This document shows, piece after piece, positions 58,515-64,000 of a stretch of DNA of 64,000 nt. This DNA comes from Longimicrobiales bacterium. Lineage in GTDB: Bacteria > Gemmatimonadota > Gemmatimonadetes > Longimicrobiales > Gaopeijiaceae. The position numbers and the translations under genes are program-made. Numbering within the stretch: the stretch's first letter is position 1; each line of letters opens with the position of its first letter. Under the pieces are notes generated by a model. The model was not told the DNA's origin. It saw only the letters and a list, made by a program, of their open reading frames with translations, and did no database searches. The stretch lies in assembly GCA_965203485.1 (NCBI GenBank), contig OZ241892.1, forward strand, positions 512,001 through 576,000, given 5' to 3'.

Positions 58515-58590
58515 CGCGACCTTGGCCCGCCGGAGAGCGGGCGGCCGCCGCGCCGCTGGACACCTGCTGATACGAAAACGGAGGTCATTC

Positions 58591-59571
58591 TTGGAGATTG
58601 ACATGACGGGCCTCGTGTTGCCGGAGCGCATCGAGACCGCCAGGACGTCGGAGGACGGCAAGTCGGCCGACTTCGTTATGGAGCCGCTGGAGAGGGGCTT
58701 CGGCTACACGCTCGGCAACGCGATCCGCAGAGTTCTGCTCTCGTCGTTGCGCGGCTCGGCCGTGTGGGGACTCCGCAGCGCCGAGGTCCGTCACGAGCAC
58801 GCCACGATCGAGTCCGTCGTCGAAGACGTGCACCAAGTCGTCCACAACATCAAGGGCCTCGTCGTCACCCTCGACGAGGGAGTCGAGGAGGCGGCGCTCC
58901 GGATCGCGACGCGCAAGGCGGGGCCGGTCACGGCTGGTTCGGTCAAGGCGCCGCCGTCGGTGACGATCCATGACCCGGAGCGGCACATCCTCACCCTGCA
59001 GGACGACCGCGAACTCGAGATCGAGCTGTTCGTGAACAAGGGGCGCGGCTTCGTGCTCGCGGACGAGATGCCGGCCGACGGAGACGAACCGGGCTTGATC
59101 CGCATCGACGCGATCTACAATCCGGTGCTCCGGGCCAACTTCACGGTCGAAGAGACGCGAGTGGGCCAGCGGACCGACTTCGACAAGCTCACCGTGCGGG
59201 TCGAAACCAACGGCGCCTTGGCGCCAACAGAGGCGATTCGTTCGGCCGCGGCCTTGGTGCAGCGGTACGTCGGCTTCATGCTCGAGCTCGGAGCCGACCA
59301 GCCGGACGGGTCGTCGCCCGGGGTGGTCCCGGCCCACATCGCCGAGTTGCTCGACCGCCCGGTCCAGGATGCCGCCGAACTCAAGGTTCCGTTGCGCGAG
59401 TCGCTCGAGGCGGCGTCGGTTGCCACGCTTCGCGACTTGGTCGTCCGCAGCCGCGAAGATGTGCTGGACATTCCCGGCCTCGACGAGCGTGCGGTCGAGG
59501 AGATCGGCGAAGCCTTGGCCGCGATGGGCCTCAAGCTGGGCATGAACGTTCCGCGGATGCCGGGCGGCTAG
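58591..59571 (+). CDS. rpoA: RNA polymerase subunit alpha
   Basis: [36 protein letters not shown] start after GGAGG. Confidence 0.96.
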   Translation: MEIDMTGLVLPERIETARTSEDGKSADFVMEPLERGFGYTLGNAIRRVLLSSLRGSAVWGLRSAEVRHEHATIESVVEDVHQVVHNIKGLVVTLDEGVEEAALRIATRKAGPVTAGSVKAPPSVTIHDPERHILTLQDDRELEIELFVNKGRGFVLADEMPADGDEPGLIRIDAIYNPVLRANFTVEETRVGQRTDFDKLTVRVETNGALAPTEAIRSAAALVQRYVGFMLELGADQPDGSSPGVVPAHIAELLDRPVQDAAELKVPLRESLEAASVATLRDLVVRSREDVLDIPGLDERAVEEIGEALAAMGLKLGMNVPRMPGG

Positions 59572-59600
59572 GCCGGGCGGAAGAAGGGAGTCTCTCCTCC

Positions 59601-59951
59601 ATGCGTCACAGAAAGAAAGGGCGCGGCCTGTCGCGTTCTCCGAGCCACAGGAAGGCCCTCCTGAGGAACTTGGCCGCCTCGCTGTTCCTGCACGAGCGGA
59701 TCACCACCACCACGGCGCGGGCCAAGGAGCTGCGGCCCTATGCCGAGAGGCTGGTCACGATGGCCAAGCGCGGGGACCTGCACGCCCGTAGAATGGCGGC
59801 GCGCCGCATATCGAGTCGCGCGATCCTTGGCAAGCTGTTCGACGAGATCGGCCCCAGGTACGCCGAAAGACCGGGCGGCTACGTGCGCATCCTGAAGCTG
59901 GGCAACCGCAAGGGCGACGCCGCCGAGATGGCGCGCGTCGAGCTGGTATGA
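59601..59951 (+). CDS. rplQ: 50S ribosomal protein L17
   Basis: [19 protein letters not shown]. Confidence 0.98.
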   Translation: MRHRKKGRGLSRSPSHRKALLRNLAASLFLHERITTTTARAKELRPYAERLVTMAKRGDLHARRMAARRISSRAILGKLFDEIGPRYAERPGGYVRILKLGNRKGDAAEMARVELV

Positions 59952-60025
59952 TGGAATCCGCGCGCCCGTTCGGGCGAGTCGCCGGACGCGCGCAACCGAG
60001 CGAACGCGAAGACGGAGGGAGGCAA

Positions 60026-60592
60026 ATGGCGATTCTGTTCAAGTCCCGGTCCGGGGGTGGAGGCGTCAGCGTGCTGCTGATGATCGTGGCGGTCTTGGCC
60101 GTGGCCGGTTTCTTCTTCTGGCTCTCCCAGACGGCGGTGCCGACCGAGGAAACGAGCGAAGAGGCGGTTCCGTCGGCCCTCGACGAGGTGTCCGTGGTCG
60201 CGCTGGAAGACTTCGCGAGCGAGACCGCGGCCTACGTCGGCCAAGCGATCGGCCTCGAGAACGTCCGGATCACGCAACTGTTCGGGCCGCACGCCTTCTG
60301 GACCACGTTGCCCAACGAAGGCAATGCGTCCTACTTGGTCCACCTCGCTCCGGAAGCCGTGGCGGACTCGGTGCCGATGGCGGCCGGGGCGGCCCTCAAC
60401 ATCTCGGGAGTCGTGGTGGCGATGACGGATTCCGTGCTCGACGCCTGGGCCGCGAACGGATACTTCGTTCAAGAAAACGACCGCTTGCTGGCGGAGTACG
60501 CCATCGACTTCCTTGAAGCGACCCGCGTCGAAGCTGCGAGTTCGGATGGGCCGACCCCGCAGTCCCAGTCTCCCGCTCAAGAGTCCGAATGA
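60026..60592 (+). CDS. Hypothetical single-pass membrane protein
   Basis: GGAGG upstream; N-terminal TM helix VSVLLMIVAVLAVAGFFFWL; acidic soluble domain. Confidence 0.7.
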   Translation: MAILFKSRSGGGGVSVLLMIVAVLAVAGFFFWLSQTAVPTEETSEEAVPSALDEVSVVALEDFASETAAYVGQAIGLENVRITQLFGPHAFWTTLPNEGNASYLVHLAPEAVADSVPMAAGAALNISGVVVAMTDSVLDAWAANGYFVQENDRLLAEYAIDFLEATRVEAASSDGPTPQSQSPAQESE

Positions 60593-61962
60593 TGGCTGAG
60601 TCGGTCCGGCCGGCGCTGGGGGTTCTCGGCGCCGGCTACGTGGGGCTTCCTCTGGCGATCGAAGCCGCAAGGAGCGGCATACGGGTCGTCGTGTTCGACG
60701 TGGCTCCGGAGGTGGTTGCCGGCCTCAACGACGGCCACAGCCACATTCCCGACATCCCGTCGGAGAAAGTCGAACGGGCGCGCGACCGGACGCTTCTCCG
60801 GGCCACGACGGACCCGCGCGATCTGGCCGGTTGCGAGGCGATGGCCATCTGCGTGCCCACGCCGCTCTCGAAGTCGGGAGACCCGGACGTCTCGCACGTC
60901 TTGGACGCGGCCCGCATGGTGGCGTCGGTCCTCGTTCCGGGGTGCTTGGTGGTTCTCGAGTCGACGATCTATCCGGGAGGCACGCGCGACCTGGTCCTGC
61001 CCGTGCTGTCTCAGAACGGCCTCTGCGCGGGCAGGGACTTCCACCTCTGCTTCTCGCCCGAGCGGGTGGATCCGGCCAACGAGCGCTGGGGAATCCGAAA
61101 CACCGCCAAGCTGATCGGCGGCGTCACCCCGGACTGCACGCGGGCCGGCATGGAGTTCTACTCCCGCTTCGTGGAGCATATTGTGCCAGTCTCTTCTTCC
61201 GAGACCGCCGAGTTCGCCAAGATACTGGAAAACGCGTTTCGGGCGGTGAACATCGGATTCGCCAACGAGATGGCGCAGGTCGCCGACAAGCTGGGACTCG
61301 ACATCTGGGAAGTCCTCGAGGCCGCAGGCACCAAGCCGTTCGGGTTCATGAAGTTTCAGCCCGGTCCCGGTCCCGGGGGACACTGCATTCCCGTGGACCC
61401 CCAATACTTGGCTTGGAAGATGCGCTCTCTAGGCGACCCCACGCGGCTCATCGAGCTCGCCGCGGAGATCAACGCCGAGATGCCGGCTTTCGTCGTCGGC
61501 AAAGTGCGGGAGGCTCTCGCCCCGAGCGGCGCCCTGAAGGGCTCGCGCGTCCTGCTAGTGGGCGTCGCCTTCAAGCGCGACGTGCCGGACGTACGTGGGT
61601 CGCCGGCCTTGGCGGTGCTCGATCTGCTGGAGCGTGAGGGCGCGGACGTGATCTACCACGACCCGCACGTACCCGAATGGAACACGGGAGATCGGGTGTT
61701 GCGGTCGGTCCCCCTGTTGCGCTCGGTGCTCGGCGAGGCCGACGCCGTGGTGGTCGTGGCGGACCATGCGAGCATCGACTACGGTCGGATCAGGCAACTC
61801 TCGCGGGCTCTCGTGGACGCGCGGAACGCGACGAGGAGGGTCGCGGCGCCGGCTGGCGAGCCGGGCGGGCCGTGGATCGTCAAGAAGGCGAAGGCCGGTT
61901 CGCGACGCGCCGGGGTGGCGTTGCACGGGCTTCGCCCCAGGGTGGATCGCGTGGCGGTATGA
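60589..61962 (+). CDS. Nucleotide-sugar dehydrogenase (WecC/WbpA-like)
   Basis: GAGYVG, ICVPTP, LESTIYPG, FSPERVDP, GGHCIPVDP. Confidence 0.92.
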   Translation: MMAESVRPALGVLGAGYVGLPLAIEAARSGIRVVVFDVAPEVVAGLNDGHSHIPDIPSEKVERARDRTLLRATTDPRDLAGCEAMAICVPTPLSKSGDPDVSHVLDAARMVASVLVPGCLVVLESTIYPGGTRDLVLPVLSQNGLCAGRDFHLCFSPERVDPANERWGIRNTAKLIGGVTPDCTRAGMEFYSRFVEHIVPVSSSETAEFAKILENAFRAVNIGFANEMAQVADKLGLDIWEVLEAAGTKPFGFMKFQPGPGPGGHCIPVDPQYLAWKMRSLGDPTRLIELAAEINAEMPAFVVGKVREALAPSGALKGSRVLLVGVAFKRDVPDVRGSPALAVLDLLEREGADVIYHDPHVPEWNTGDRVLRSVPLLRSVLGEADAVVVVADHASIDYGRIRQLSRALVDARNATRRVAAPAGEPGGPWIVKKAKAGSRRAGVALHGLRPRVDRVAV

Positions 61963-61963
61963 C

Positions 61964-63289
61964 GTGAACATCGCGGTCGTCGGTACCGGGTACGTGGGGT
62001 TGACGACGGGTGCGTGCTTGGCGGAGGCAGGGCATCGGGTCGTCTGTTGCGACATGGACCCGTCGGTCGTCGCCGTGCTTCGCAAGGGAACGCTCCACTT
62101 CGTCGAGCCGGGGTTGGCCGAACTGGTCAAGCGAAACCTCGACAGCGGGGGCTTGCGGTTCACGACCGATGTCGAAGAGGGCGTGCGCGCGTCCTACATC
62201 GTGTTCGTGACCGTGGGAACGCCGTGTCGCGAAGACGGTTCCGCGGATGTCGCGCAAGTGCTGGACGCGACGGCGAGGATCGCCGGATCCATGGACGGCG
62301 AGCGGATCGTGGCGCTCAAGAGCACGGTGCCCGTCGGCACGGCCGCCCGCGTGCGCGAGCTGCTGAAGACCGAGAGTCCGCACGCGGCGCATGTGTGCTC
62401 GAACCCCGAGTTCCTGCGCGAGGGGACAGCCGTCGCGGACTTCATGCGGTCCGAGCGCGTCGTGCTGGGCACCGAGAGCGACGTGGCCGTGCGCGAGCTG
62501 CGCCGTCTCTACCGGCCGTTCGTGTCTTCGGACAGCGAAATCGTTGCGATGGACGAGGCGTCGGCGGAAGTGCTCAAGTACGCTGCGAACGCGATGCTGG
62601 CAAGTCGCCTCAGCCTGATGAACGTGGTCGCGCAACTCTGCGAGAGGGTGGGCGCGGACATTGAGCGTGTTCGGCACGGCGTGGGTCGCGACTCGCGCAT
62701 CGGGCCGCTGTTCCTGAGGGCTGGCGTGGGGTACGGCGGGTCCTGCCTGCCCAAGGACGTGGACGCGCTCGCCCGCATGATGCGCGGGCACGGAGTGGAC
62801 GCGTCGCTCGTCGAGGCCGTCGGCCAAGTCAACGAGCGGCAGAAGCGGGCGCTCCTGGCGATGATCGTGGAGCGGTTCGGCGAGGACTTGTCGGGGCGCG
62901 CGTTCGCCGTGTGGGGGCTCGCCTTCAAGCCCGGGACCGACGACATGCGGGGCGCCCCGAGTCTGGCGACGATCGGGGGCCTGCTCGAGCGGGGTGCGAC
63001 GGTGACGGCCCACGACCCGGCCGCGATGCCCCGTGCCGCCCGAGTGCTCGGCGACGCCGTTCAGTACAAGGACGAGTGCAACGACGTGCTCGCGGGAGCC
63101 GACGCGCTGGTCGTCCACTCGGAGTGGCCGGCCTACCGCAACCCGGACTTCTCGTCCATGCGCGGCCTCATGAAGCGGCCGCTCGTCTTCGACGGCCGCA
63201 ACCTGTACCCGTTGCACGAGATGGCCCGTCGCGGCTTCGAGTACCATTCCGTGGGACGGCCGCGCGTGTCGGCCGAGCCGGCGAGCTGA
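61964..63289 (+). CDS. ugd: UDP-glucose 6-dehydrogenase
   Basis: [39 protein letters not shown]. Confidence 0.93.
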   Translation: MNIAVVGTGYVGLTTGACLAEAGHRVVCCDMDPSVVAVLRKGTLHFVEPGLAELVKRNLDSGGLRFTTDVEEGVRASYIVFVTVGTPCREDGSADVAQVLDATARIAGSMDGERIVALKSTVPVGTAARVRELLKTESPHAAHVCSNPEFLREGTAVADFMRSERVVLGTESDVAVRELRRLYRPFVSSDSEIVAMDEASAEVLKYAANAMLASRLSLMNVVAQLCERVGADIERVRHGVGRDSRIGPLFLRAGVGYGGSCLPKDVDALARMMRGHGVDASLVEAVGQVNERQKRALLAMIVERFGEDLSGRAFAVWGLAFKPGTDDMRGAPSLATIGGLLERGATVTAHDPAAMPRAARVLGDAVQYKDECNDVLAGADALVVHSEWPAYRNPDFSSMRGLMKRPLVFDGRNLYPLHEMARRGFEYHSVGRPRVSAEPAS

Positions 63290-63291
63290 CC

Positions 63292-64000
63292 GTGCGCGTC
63301 GTTGTCTTCGGAGCGGCGGGCTTCGTGGGGTCCCACCTTGTGGACCGACTGCTCGGCGAGGGGTACCACGTGACGGGCGTCGACAACCTCATCACCGGCG
63401 CGGCGCGGAACTTGGCCCACCTCGACAGCGAACCGCGCTTCGACTTCGTGGAACACGACGTAAGCCGTCCGTTCTTCGCGGACCAGGAGCTGGCAGGCGT
63501 TCTCCATCTGGCTTCGCCGGCCAGCCCGTCGGCGTACTTGGCGACGCCGGTGGAGACCTTGCTCGCCGGCGGGCTGGGGACTCACAACACGCTGGGCCTG
63601 GCCCGCCGCCACGGCGCCCGCTACCTCCTGGCTTCGACCTCCGAGGTTTACGGCGACCCGGGCGTCCACCCCCAGCGCGAAGACTACTGGGGGAACGTCA
63701 ATCCGGTCGGCCTGCGGAGTTCGTACGACGAGGCCAAGCGCTACGCCGAGGCTCTCGCGTTCGCCTACCGGCGCAAGCACCGCGTCGACGCCGTCGTCGC
63801 CCGCATCTTCAACACCTACGGCCCCCGCATGAGGCCCGACGACGGCCGCGTGGTGTCCAACTTCGTCGTGCAGGCATTGCAGGGCGAGCCGCTGACGATC
63901 TACGGCGACGGGACCCAGACGCGGTCGTTCTGCTACGTGGACGACCTCGTGGAGGGCTTGTACCGGCTGTTCCGCTCGCAGTTGGCTGGGCCCGTGAACG
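63292..64000 (+). CDS. UDP-glucuronate decarboxylase family NAD-dependent enzyme (partial, runs off window end)
   Basis: My translation from GTG 63292: [15 protein letters not shown]...HLASPASP...[10 protein letters not shown]...YDEAKR...[10 protein letters not shown]...QTRSFCYV. Confidence 0.9.
   Translation, partial: MRVVVFGAAGFVGSHLVDRLLGEGYHVTGVDNLITGAARNLAHLDSEPRFDFVEHDVSRPFFADQELAGVLHLASPASPSAYLATPVETLLAGGLGTHNTLGLARRHGARYLLASTSEVYGDPGVHPQREDYWGNVNPVGLRSSYDEAKRYAEALAFAYRRKHRVDAVVARIFNTYGPRMRPDDGRVVSNFVVQALQGEPLTIYGDGTQTRSFCYVDDLVEGLYRLFRSQLAGPVN

Overview
High-GC bacterial chromosomal window. The gene content (SusC/SusD pair, plug-only lipoprotein, M14 peptidase, RNAP insertions) suggests Gemmatimonadota, but this is inference. 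Three zones: (1) 1-9650, a defence island built on a type I restriction-modification locus. HsdM carries an in-frame C-terminal PIN domain. It is followed by a free 72-aa antitoxin-like gene and by an HsdS whose N-terminus is a second, diverged copy of that same small protein. Upstream and co-oriented is a TIGR04255-like / antitoxin-like / ADP-ribosyltransferase-like triad. An inverted DUF1828/DUF1829 gene and an Rpn nuclease lie between hsdS and hsdR. (2) 9950-23000, accessory and housekeeping genes (M14 peptidase, beta-barrel, queG, GT2, tRNA-Asn, SusCD, YchF-like). (3) 23300-64000, the core cluster (tRNAs, tuf x2, secE-nusG-rplKAJL-rpoBC, str, S10, spc and alpha operons), then nucleotide-sugar genes. 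Oddities in zone 3: the str operon is split by an acylase; rpmG/trnW, rpsN and infA are absent from their usual places; the tuf copies are identical and G-skewed; RpoC reads NADFDGDA; the alphaCTD is degenerate; S12 has K88R. The best candidate for an undescribed system is the toxin-antitoxin module fused into the HsdM/HsdS methyltransferase. All family calls come from motif recognition by eye, with no database searches.
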